From Bugula neritina (lineage: Eukaryota > Animalia > Bryozoa), in contig OZ037768.1 in NCBI GenBank assembly GCA_964035545.1, positions 2,512,741 to 2,576,740 of the forward strand: 64,000 nucleotides of DNA. The letters are read 5' to 3'. Positions 12,386 through 24,256 of this stretch are shown here, piece by piece (within the stretch, counting starts at the first letter, position 1; every line of letters starts with the position of its first letter). The position numbers and the translations under genes were made by a program. The notes under the pieces are model-generated. The model was given only the letters and a program-made list of their open reading frames with translations. It was not told the origin of the DNA and searched no databases.

Positions 12386-15300
12386 AGTTGATTACATCAC
12401 ATCCTGTTTGTTATACCATGTCTACATTCCTGTAGAAACATTCCATCTGATGAATTCTATACTAATCAGCACTATGTGTTGTATAAAATATTATTTTACT
12501 TCCATACACAGAATTATATTTCTGTACACAGTCAATGTCTCAAAGATTACATTTCTGTATACAGTCGATGTCTCAAAAATAGATGCTCAAGTAGTACTTA
12601 ACTTATTATAATATTATATAATTATTTTGCAAGTTATTATTATTTTCATATCTTTCACTGTTCAACTAAAAAGTCTAAGGTTTATAACTCATTAATTTCT
12701 TATTAGAGTTTTGACATTTGGTATTATTCTAACAGCAATGCTGAACTTATTTTTGTGTTCATAAAACTTATAAATTCTGTGAACTATATTCAGATTGTGT
12801 GTAATTTTGGGTGTCTTTGAGGACTTCAATGTTTATAAGATGCTTTTAATAGCAAGCCATGGTTATGTCTACTATAAAGGGGTTGCCACATGATAATATG
12901 CTTCTTGGTATCATAAATAGCATTGATTCTATTAAACTTTAAGCTAAAGCTTGGAGGAGAGCCATTAACTACATATCTATTTTATTCACAGCTTATTTTA
13001 CAAATGAAACAAATAATAGGGATTATAATAGCTTTATTTGCTTACAAACAATTGTTTTATAAAAATATTGTCCTCATTTTTATTGTGAAAATACAAACTG
13101 AGCACACATAGAGTCAATACCTGAAACTCTTTATAGATGGCAAAAATGAGTTAATTTCACTATTGTTTTGCAAGAACAAATATAGTCAACGATATTGATT
13201 GAAAAATTCTGAATATTTTTATTGAGCTATGAGGTGTAGCACAAACATTCCTTCCTAATGCTAATGACAAATAATTCGATATAATTAGACAGAATTACAA
13301 CCAGAGAAAAACTTGTGCTTCCATATTGTCAATTTCAACATGATCAATTTAGTTATCACATTTTATTGACCAAATTATAACATTTTTACCTGCAATATGT
13401 AAGCATTTGCCTAAACTATTTTTGGCTTTGTTTAGCGTATTTTCACTATTGCACTCGCTTTTTATGGATTTTGAAATTGACTAATGTATTAGATGTTGGA
13501 GTTATGCTATCACATTGTGAGTTGGACACTTCAGAACTAGAGTTGTGCTCCCATACTAGATTATTATGTACACTGAACTAAAACCATAGTTATAGTTCAA
13601 TGATTATGTATCTATTATCAAACACTGATGCTTTGTAACACCAGAGTTTTGCTACTACAATTCATGAACTATACAAGTGAAATAGATATTGCTCTATAAA
13701 GATGCTACCAACATGACCATTACCAGTGCAGCTGATTTTAGAAGATAGTGGCAATTTACAAACAAATATGCAATACATCAAAAATGTAAGATATACAGAG
13801 CTACTGGTAAAAAAGCAATTACATTATCAACATAAACAGTAGTATATTATAGATGACAATATACATTTTCTCAAATATTTATGTTGCTATAGTAACAAAG
13901 ACAAGCATTAGGAAATTGTCAGTTTGCAGCGATTTACTGAGCCAGTTACTTTGTAAACTAAACTGTACTTACAAGTAAGTGAAAGGATGCTTAGAGTTCC
14001 ATGGAACATTCTAGAAAGTTTTAGACATCTAGCAGGATCTCATATATAGATAGAGAATAAGATGATATTGTACGGATATTGCACCTCTCTGAGGGAATAT
14101 AAAGACACCATCCAATAAACTGTAATATACTGTAATAATGTACTTTCTTAGTCTATGCAGACAAGGTCATCTAAAGGTCAATAGTAACAAGTAAAGTATT
14201 TAACATGCACTTGAAACTATTTTAGACAAGTAATTTAATAAAAGAAAGGTAAATTTTCAAAGCTTTATTTTTATAATGTTTTCATGGAAAGTATAAAGAA
14301 AAGTGCTAAAACTAACAAAATATTTGTTTTATGTAACTATAATCATCCTTAGAGTAAAACTGTTTTATTGAAATTAACAAAATGGGGTTGGTCAAAATAT
14401 TAGTGCAAATATATATTTTTAGTTTATACAAATGTCACCAGCTTCAACATAAAATATTTCAAACCAATACACTATATTACTTCTAGTTTATGCTTTATCA
14501 CTAATAAATTTCTACATTTCAGTTGCATATTATCAGTAAAATAAACATCTCATGCAGGTTGCTTCTTTTAAGTTTACATGTCACAGATTTACATTTCAAG
14601 ATATTATGATAATTCACACAATAATTAAATCACTACTAACATACTAAAATGTTCATTACAACAAAAATTAACTTCCAACCTAAACTATTGAAAAGTTTTC
14701 AGAGTATATGAGGTCAATAGCGCAAATATTTGTATTTTTTATGAACTTTTGTTATTTTTATATGAATGATAGAAAACAATTTATTTCCTTTACAGAACAA
14801 AAAATATATTGTTTTATTGCAACAAAATTAATACACTATCTCTTAATTGATATTTTGTCCAAAGTGTTGCATGTAAATTAATAACTATACTTATTAAATT
14901 TAACTTACGCATGTAAATAATTTCCAAATAATTGAAAGCACACAAGAACCTTTGCATGTAAACTTCAATGCAAGAATTCATTTGTTTAAGAGCAGGTCTA
15001 CATATACTTTAAATAAATTTGCTGCATATTACAAAAAAATTTTATATTAAGCAAAGATATCTTCGTTGAAACCAACACTAACATATCTCCAGGTAGCGTG
15101 TTGCTGCCTACCAATGACACTAATATTTTAACTTCAGCCTCATTTAAACGTAAATAATGTGGCATATCGTTTAGTGTCAAGAATAATTACATTGAATTTT
15201 CCAAGGTTCAGCGAGTTGCGATGGAAGGATTCACCACCCTACAGATATCTGTCAATTATCCAATGAACAGCGATAATAGTGTTATCTAATTGGTTCAGTC

Positions 15301-17602
15301 AGCAGCCTAATTAATTCATACTTTCTCTGAGCCGTAGGAGTGGATGGGTGCAGTGCAATCAATACACCCTTTACTTACAAAGAATACACCGAGTCAGTCG
15401 TTACACATCCTTCAGTGCAAGAAAACTTGCTTATTTCATTGATTAAAAGTTTCACCTGTTTAGATAATGGAAGCAGAATAGCTTGGTAAACAAAACCGGT
15501 GAAACATCTTACAGCAAGTTCTTGAAACTACAAAGTTGAAGTCAGCGTTTCCAGTGAGTATTAAGTATTTGTTTAATGTTTTATAATTGAATATAGAATT
15601 GCTAGTGCTATAAGATCATCTTTATTCTTAGAAATCATGTGATGTCTTTAAGTATCATAACTTGGTCACTTTCATTTTAGTTTTGCTTATAACATATAAT
15701 TTAATAAAACTTATGTCAATCACAGGTGAAAATAAAATTAATATAATGTTCCCAAAGTGCTTTTCATAAATTTTCGTTATATATAACTTCTTGATTAACA
15801 AAAATAATATTAATTATTTTTGCAGCTTACTGTTGTTACGTCTTTATCAACAATTTTTGTAGTTTTATCAGGTAGCAGTAAATTGAAATAAGTTATATCT
15901 TTGAGAGGTAAATTAATATTATGTCTCAAAAATGTTTCCATAAACCAGTTAATACTAAACTAAATGTATCTGAAGATCTCTTATTTCTCTACTAGTTATT
16001 CATAAATCAGTTCTTACTTATAAATGGGAATAAATTGAAGTATGATTAACAGCATTCATGTTACCAGGATATTGTAAGGACATTATACAGGTACATAACT
16101 GTGTATAATTAACATTTGTAGCCACGTGAAGGGCTTGTACTTATATTTGTAAATTTTCAGGTGTAGGCTTAACAACTATTATTTGAGATTTGTATCTACT
16201 GTAAGTCACGCTAAATAAATAAACACACGCATGCACACACAAAACAAATTACCAAGTATTTATACCTAGCATTATAAAAATAGGCTATGTGAATAAAGCA
16301 GAAATTATAAAAAATAACATTCAGTAGACAAATAACACCTTCTTAAGTGCCAACATCACAATTATAATTGAATTAATAATCAGTTAAGAAACTAAATACC
16401 CATTTCTAGTAATATGCCTTCTGGCAATGCTCTAAATATGAGATGTCCAAAGTTATTGTCATCAGGTATAACTATGCTAGAGCTGTGCCAACACCCCAAA
16501 TTATTTCAAAACTACTTGATAAATGGCAGCTTGAATTATTTTTGTAGTGGCCATAAAAATTGAAAAATAAGTTCAAAATATATAGAAAATGCATAAAACT
16601 TTTAAATTTAAATAGCAAGTCCTAAAAAGAAACTAACAAGAGTTATACAAACTTTCATTTCCTTTTTATAAGTTCCAGATTTGTCAGAAATTTAGGATTG
16701 TTATTGTGGCAGCCCTAGTGACTGCTGGAGGCTGTCTAGTGAAGGTAGCAGGCTAAAGTTATTGCTTCATATATGAGAAATATTGTACACAGTAGAACTC
16801 TATGTGAATTAGTCAAGCTTTTATTTCATGTAATTGATAGTTTTTGTTCTTATGAATGATAAATTACAGCATTGGGCGTCTCCCTTCAACTTAAAGCTTA
16901 TATAGGAGATTCTCCTGAGATGGCCTGAGGCTACGTGGTGTTGTCTAATCATGTCAGCTATTGTTATAGGAAATGATAATTTCATAGCTATTCATAAACC
17001 TCTTTCAACCATTAGATATGATGTTAAAAGCAATGAAACAAATGAGATTCCCTTTGATACCCTTACACCTGAAACTTGTGTTCTAATAATACAATTACCA
17101 CAAGCCTCCATATTGTTTGTCTGTTTACATGGTTACATTTGCATTTATAGAGTTACTGCAAGTACATGCTTATATACTTCCTATTGTTGAGAAAGTACAG
17201 AATGGTTTGCTTTCCTTTGATTAAGTTATATAACAGCTGTGTATTGTCTATTGCATTAGGTGTTATGGCTCTTGCTGTATAACTATTGGTTTTACACCAG
17301 CATTTGCCAATGGAGCTTTTCTATTAATGGTGATGAGAAAACAGCTTCCAGTTTCCTGCATTTCGAAAATTGAAGTAGCTGTTGTTAGGTTTAACATTGC
17401 AATGCTATTTTAATGGCTGATATTAATTTATACTTAATTTAAAACTTTTATATTTCATGTACCTTCACATATCATATTATAGTATGGTGTTGCAAAACTT
17501 TATTGCAGATGTTCCAAGATTTACAGCTATTACCAAAGAATTTTAGTATACATTATGATGTTATTATTGGTTATAGATTGAAGACTTTGAATTTATAGTA
17601 CA

Positions 17603-20600
17603 ATGGCATACAGCCCGTACTTACCCAGAACTCCTCAGGCTAGCAGGGGAAGTGCCTCAGCTCCATCAACGCCTCGGCTTGGTCAAGGGTTGGAGTACAA
17701 CCACCCTGGTCACAGATACGCCAATAGATTAGTGCATCATGACAACAACAGTGAGAGTAGCTTTGGATTTGCTTCCCCTGCCCATAAGAGTGTGCAGTCA
17801 TATGGTACGGTACAAACAGACATTAGTAACAACACCTACGTTCTACAGAGCAAAGGAAAAGTTGTCGTAGAACTATCTACACCTAGCGACGAATCAACAA
17901 GATCAATCAAAACACTGTGTAAACCCATAGCGTGGATCTGGGTTGTAATAAACGTCACCATTTCAGGCATGACCGTGTTCTGTCTATTGCAACCGTATTG
18001 GTTGACAAATCAGAAAAACAAAGCGTCTCTTGGTATACTCAGATATTGTGAGGGTTTAACAGCAGGCAGTAATGATCTACAAAACTGTCAATATTATCAA
18101 ACTGACCACACTAATAACTTTGCTTTGAATACTCTTCCTTCTTTGGCATGGAAGGTTGGAATGGTGATGTATATAATGGCCTGCCTTCTGTTAGTTATCA
18201 GCTCCTTCTTAGCTGGACTTTGCCTCTGTATACGAAAAACTAAAACAGTTGATAGACTAAGCTTAGCCTCAGGACTCAAGCAGCTTACTGCAGGTACGAT
18301 TCTTACGCAGCTCTCACCTAACCTTAGAAAAATGGTAATTTAAGCAATTACGATGCATGTGATCATAGATTAAAAACACAGTGGAATAGCAGTTGAAAAC
18401 ACACAAAGTATGCCTTTTGGTAATTATAAGCCTCATTCTCTTTCCTAACCAACTTCTGTAGGAATTTTCTGAAGAACATTTAGTTCATAATAAACTTCTT
18501 TGTCACTAAGATGTTGTGCACATTTCTGTGCCACTTAACCAAATCAGCAAATATAATGATAACTGCTGAAGACTCTTTTTAATATTATCAATTACTAGAT
18601 TTTGTGATAGAGAAAATATATAACCTAATTCATCTATCCTTTTTTAACAAAAATAACCAAAACTCACAATTTATTATTCTCTTATCAGAACATATACATT
18701 TTAAAAGCAGTCCTGAACTGTACATGTATAACATTATATAGTGGAAAGTTTACCATGTGGCATTATATTCGGAAGGAAAACAGTTGTGAGTAATCGAACA
18801 CCTGAAGTTATTGTTTTCAATTATTAATAAATAACTAGCTTTGTCACAATGTTAATTTAAATTAAGTGTTAGTAAATAATGTAAGCTAGATTATGCAAAT
18901 ATTTGTTCTAGTGTTTTGCCATACTTTCAGCATTACATACATAAGTCTGAGGTTAGTTTCACAGTACACACAGTTTGTTCAAATACCAACTCTTTGACAT
19001 TTGTTTAGATGAGGGCCAACACGTGGGCTACACTTGTTACGTTTTCAACAGCTTTAAAAAAAGGCTTTGACTCCACTTGACAAAATTTGTTTATATTAAC
19101 ACTTTGGAATGAATAGAAGCAAAAAGGTGGCACAAGGTGCAACAGCATGAAGTGCAAGTTGTTAGTTTATAAATGAAGCCAAAAAGACAATTAAACTATT
19201 ATTTTGATATGCACTGGAAATTATTCACTAAATTTGTAATATTTTGGCACTGAACTAACTGTAGTTGCACATTTCTGTGTTAAAATTATTGCATTTATGC
19301 CATTTTAGAAAATATAACAAATATATTTAGTCTATAGTAGATTAAATATTATTGATGTACAATAGATATAAACAAACAATATGCGCAGGTAGTACATTTC
19401 CTACTGCTTTAAATTAAAAGCATTCACACACAATTGTACCATCTAATCATATGATTATACATCGCAGTATGTAATAACTAAGCTCAGTTATTTCATGAAT
19501 CATTTATCAGCTTATAAGTCAAAGTAGATGTAAATAAATTTTCTTCCAGAAAAAGTAATACACTGGCATACAGTTATATGCATAAAACATAATTATTAGC
19601 TATTAGATACAGTTAGAATGGCTGTAATTTGTTTTATATACAAGCATCAGCTGCAACATATTATCATATTTTTGTTATCAAAACATGGCTAATATTTTGA
19701 GTGCATTTGCTTATTAAGTAGCAGTACCCGAGTGCTTCTATTTTTTCTAATTGGCTTTAAAATAATCAGATAATATTTCGGATCTTGCAATAGATGATTG
19801 TCTTATTGGAACATTGAGTTAAGCATTGTAACATTTGCCAAATAACGATAGGAAATTATATTTAATAAGCAATACAGGTACGGGTGCCTATAAGTCCAGA
19901 CTTTCCAGACAGCATATGCTTAGATCTTTTACTAATTGCTGAGACAATAGGCTGGCCTTGGCTTCACATTTAATTATTAATATTTTAGTTTGTCTGTAGA
20001 CTGCTCTGTAGACTGTGCTGTAGACATTTACCCTCAATTATTCATACAGTAAGAAATTAACTAATCAGCGATAATTTGTGAACTTGGTATTAAACAGCAC
20101 AACATATTGTAGCTCATGAACTAATGTGTATACACACATGTTTTATAGTGTATTCAAACATATTATATCATTATCCTCCCTGTTATATTAATTTTCATCC
20201 TTAAAATATGATGAAATTAATTTTTTGTTGATAAACATATAATATCAATTGATGATATTTTATTAACATTTATAACAAATTTATATCATCAATTTTGAAA
20301 ATGAACAGTTAGATAGAAATAATAATGCTATGCTATGTTTGAATATATACATTAGCTTAAAAACTGCAATATATTATGTTGTGCATTCCAAAATCAATTT
20401 CGCAAATCATTGCTAATTAGTTTTCTTTTAGTTAATATTAAAATTAGTTCATAAACATGTTTTAATAATTATCCTAATAATTAAGAAAGCATTTCAGATA
20501 TATTTTATAGAATTGCTGACAAATCCAATATCTCAGTCAATGTTGACTTTAGGCTGTGTTAATGTATAATTTATGTTGTTTTAGGAGTGTTGCTATTGAC

Positions 20601-20805
20601 AGCGTTGGTGACTTTCCCTGTTGGATTTGATGATGCTAAAATACAAGAAATGTGTGGTGCTCATAGTACCTTGTATAGACTCGACACATGCAGTATTGGA
20701 TGGAGTTATGTTCTCTCTACAGCGTGTTCCGTGCTCTGCTTTGTGCTACCTATCTTATCTCATTATATATTGCACTCTTCTGCCTACGACCATACCTTAC
20801 TCTAA
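17603..20805 (+). CDS. LHFPL tetraspan family protein (LHFPL7/TMEM211- or LHFPL2/6-like)
   Basis: Exons 17603-18293 and 20585-20805 (phase 1). Four hydrophobic helices; motifs QPYWL, SLGILRYC, LPSLAWK, FPVGFD, CG..S..YRLDTCSIGWSY. Confidence 0.88.
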
Positions 20806-21184
20806 TTACGCTCACAGTATGGCTGTGTGTTTACAAGGACCTATATTTTAACATACAGTTAATTAAATTCAGGAGCTAAAGTTATATTTTAAACTATGAG
20901 CTTATTGGCCGGCTACCCAAATAGGCCAAAGTGGAGATAGGTGGGAATGTAAGCCTAGTGGCGTCAATTTCTTGAAACTATGAAATGAAAAGTCAGGCTG
21001 ATAGCTTTTATAAAAGAGAAAAAAGTTTGCAAGACTGTTCAATTTAATCACTTTTATTTTATTTTTTTTACTTTTTCACATATTATGCCATATAAAAATA
21101 AATGAGAAATTTATCAAAATGTTAGCAATTATGAAAAATATTATTGTGAATTAAACGATCATAAAATAAGTTAATAATATCACA

Positions 21185-23187
21185 TCATGATATAGTAGCT
21201 TGTTCAATTTGTCGTAAGATCTCGGCTTTTCTCTCATTCTCTCTCAACCTCTTCAGCTTCCGTTCACATTTTGGGCAGCCAAAAGCAGCTTTAGTAAAGC
21301 AATGCTTGTGATATACATTAGAGCATTCTTTACAAAGCATGCATATATTATCAAAAGGAAAGAGAATTTCAGGTTTTTGACAGATTTCACAATAATACCC
21401 TTTACCCCGGCATGACGCACAGTCAATCTTGATATGCGCTGCAAAACTAGCGTGCACATTCACAATATTAGGTAACAGTTTTTCATTAACCAGTTCGACA
21501 AGGTCGTGTACGCTGTAACAGTCAGCATTGTCTACGAAATGCTGCCTACCTTCCAGCAGTAAGAGCAACTTACTCTGCATGGCTAACTGGCAGGAAAGGA
21601 AGTAAGTTTTCATGAGCAAAATTTCCGAGCGGAGTTTCTTCACTTCACTCAATTCCTCGACATAGTTGAGGAGATATTTGTTGTGCTGCTCCACCGCCAG
21701 AACTGGCCTGTGATACATGAGTCGCAGGTACTGTTTAGAGGCTCTACACACTCTTCGCGGAATGAAGTCCCAGTTATGCACTATTCTAGCAGGTATGACT
21801 GTCTCGTCATTCCAATGACACGTCGGACAGTAGTAATTCCCTGTGTAGTCACATTGCCTTGGTTCTACACCGCCGGACTTGTAAGAGATGGGAGTCTGAC
21901 ATTCAAAGCACTTATAGTTTTGAGCAGCCAGCCCTCGCTCCTTACAAATAGTCATGAGGTGTGTGGAGGATTCACTGATCTTTTTAGAGGCGCACATTCT
22001 TTTTAAAGAGTTCAGACATTTTTCATGGCAGCAGATATGACAGGAAATGCAGGAATACCAGGTGTGAATAACTCCCCATACGACAGTCAAACACACTTCA
22101 CAGTAACGTTCCGTTTCTGCAGATGATTCCTTCAGACGGAACTCGTGGCCGTATATAGTCTTAGAGTTAGCATTATTTGTAATGTTAGCCGGGTTTTCCA
22201 ATTCTGTTTGTCGCAGACGAAGACCGATAAGTTTCTCAATGAGTTGTCCTCTCTCTGGACTATCTTCTGATTTTGTGTAAATAAGCTCTTTCAGCTTGTC
22301 AATTTCCTGTTTCACATCTACAGCATGATAAATCAGTTACTGTACTCATAGGGGCATTGAGTAAATCTAAGAAATCTCTTACTACTTAAAGTACATAACT
22401 ACATTGCTACTACAAGAACACACCTTTCACATTCACCTATTCATTATAGAAGTTGTTGAACTGCTGGTTGAAATCAATATATGAATAGCTAATCCCAACC
22501 TTTCAACAGTGTATAGAAGAATATGCTTATAATAACAGTAATGATCCCTATATCATTCTGGAGTTGTACAGTTTACACTACTTAGAATGGAATTGTTTTT
22601 ATAAGTTTAAAATCAACAAAACCTTACATACAAGATAAGCTATGCTCAATAAGTTGTCTGTATGATAGAGATGCTTGTGCTAACTGTTCTATATTCCTAC
22701 CTCTTAGTCTAGAGAGGTCTCCTGGTAACCCAAAGTGGTCATCTAGCATATTCACAATAAGAGGTTCGTCTTGTAAGCCAATGTCTTCATTCTGAAGGTA
22801 ATTGGAATCAGAGTCAGTGCGAGTACGACTGGAGAAGTTGATTTCACTAGGATACACATCGTAGATGCTCTCCTCACGATCTCTGTCCTCCACGTCCGAG
22901 CAGTCACTGGCAGCGATGTCCTCAAAAGGATTAGCAGCTGAGTCAGCATTAGGAACCAAACTGCATTTAGATAGAACATACAATCAACACTTAAAATATT
23001 TATAATATTACCACTGATTTTATATTTGAAATTGAAAATATATCAAATAATTGAATTTTGGTTAAAATGTTGTGTACTTTGAGCCAGAGTGAATTTTATC
23101 ATCTTCATTAGAGTCATCACTTTCAGAGAAAGAACTCGTAGAGTTGAAGAACTTTATTGTAGCGGCTGACTTCCTTTGAGCGGCCAT
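21185..23187 (-). CDS. DEF8: Differentially expressed in FDCP 8 homolog (C1 domain plus Rubicon-homology domain)
   Basis: Exons 23187-23078, 22960-22632 (or an earlier donor near 22701), 22317-21185. C1 finger GHEF...CEVC...CISC...CHEKC; RH domain GLAAQNYKCFEC, RQCDYTGNYYCPTCHWND, IPARIVHNWDF, GKGYYCEIC, CPKCER. Confidence 0.95.
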
Positions 23188-24256
23188 TGTGGCAAGTTAA
23201 TAAACTATAAATAGAACCAACAGCGTTTGTATTAAAAAACTTATATAATAGTCTAATAGATACATGTATTCCTCAAATATGTTTTATATTCTCATGACTA
23301 TTTAAATGGGAGGGGGGGGGGCTGTTATTAGCAGAACATGGTCTAATGGTTAAGTTTCAGTTTGTCATTTGCATTTAATAATCATTTCAAATATTTTTTC
23401 ACAATCATAATGATGATTCAAAAATCGGATCTTAAAGTTAATAATTATGATCATGATAGTTTTAAATCACACTTGACCCTGGGATTTGGATTTTTCACTA
23501 CCCACTACTGCTACAGCTACTCACACTCAGTGTCACACTCTGACTCACTAGTCACTAGCCTTGTGAATTGTCAATAACTAAAAGTAGAACTATAAATGAA
23601 TATCAATATAAATATGGTTATGAGTATGATTAATAGTAATACTATAAATATGACATTGACAATAAAATTTTATAATATTAATAAAGATTGTTTATAATTT
23701 ATTAATTATAATATTAATAATAATTCAAATTGCGTTAATTTAAATGTTTAGTTTTACGTAAGCAAATTTTTAGATAACTGCAATGAAGGTGCGCCAAATT
23801 AAATTGTAAAGCGTATAAAAATACCTATAAAGTGTACACAGAATAAAATAAATTGTGCAATCTGAATCTTCATTTGGTTCTATACACAAGACTGAAGACA
23901 AGTAATTCAGTACAGTTTTAATTTATACTTGTATTTTTACGCATCGCCTGGTCATGTGATGCTTTTGTGAAAGCCTTAGAGCTACAAATATATATAATAT
24001 TTTTCATCAGCGCATACATAGAGAAACTGAATGCACGTCTATACAAACAAATTTTAGTCTAGGGCAAATACTATTGATCTCTGGAAATTGTTAGCTATAT
24101 TCTATATGAATATATTGAATTGCTTTTATCTTAGAAGAGATCACTCAGATTCTAGCAGGTTTTGTTTCTCTTCTCAATAACAATTTCTAGTTCTAGCCAA
24201 AAGCACATCTCAAATTCGCTGTTTTTACACTTTAGAATTAATATTTAGCTGTAGCT

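Noticed and set aside
16478-16717. Possible TAGGGCTG-type hAT relic
   Set aside because: The inverted match is too short and no TSD could be established.
21253-22006. ORFs overlapping DEF8 (and similar shadow ORFs over LHFPL, STRIP1 and TFCP2 exons)
   Set aside because: Alternative-frame or antisense shadows of real coding exons.
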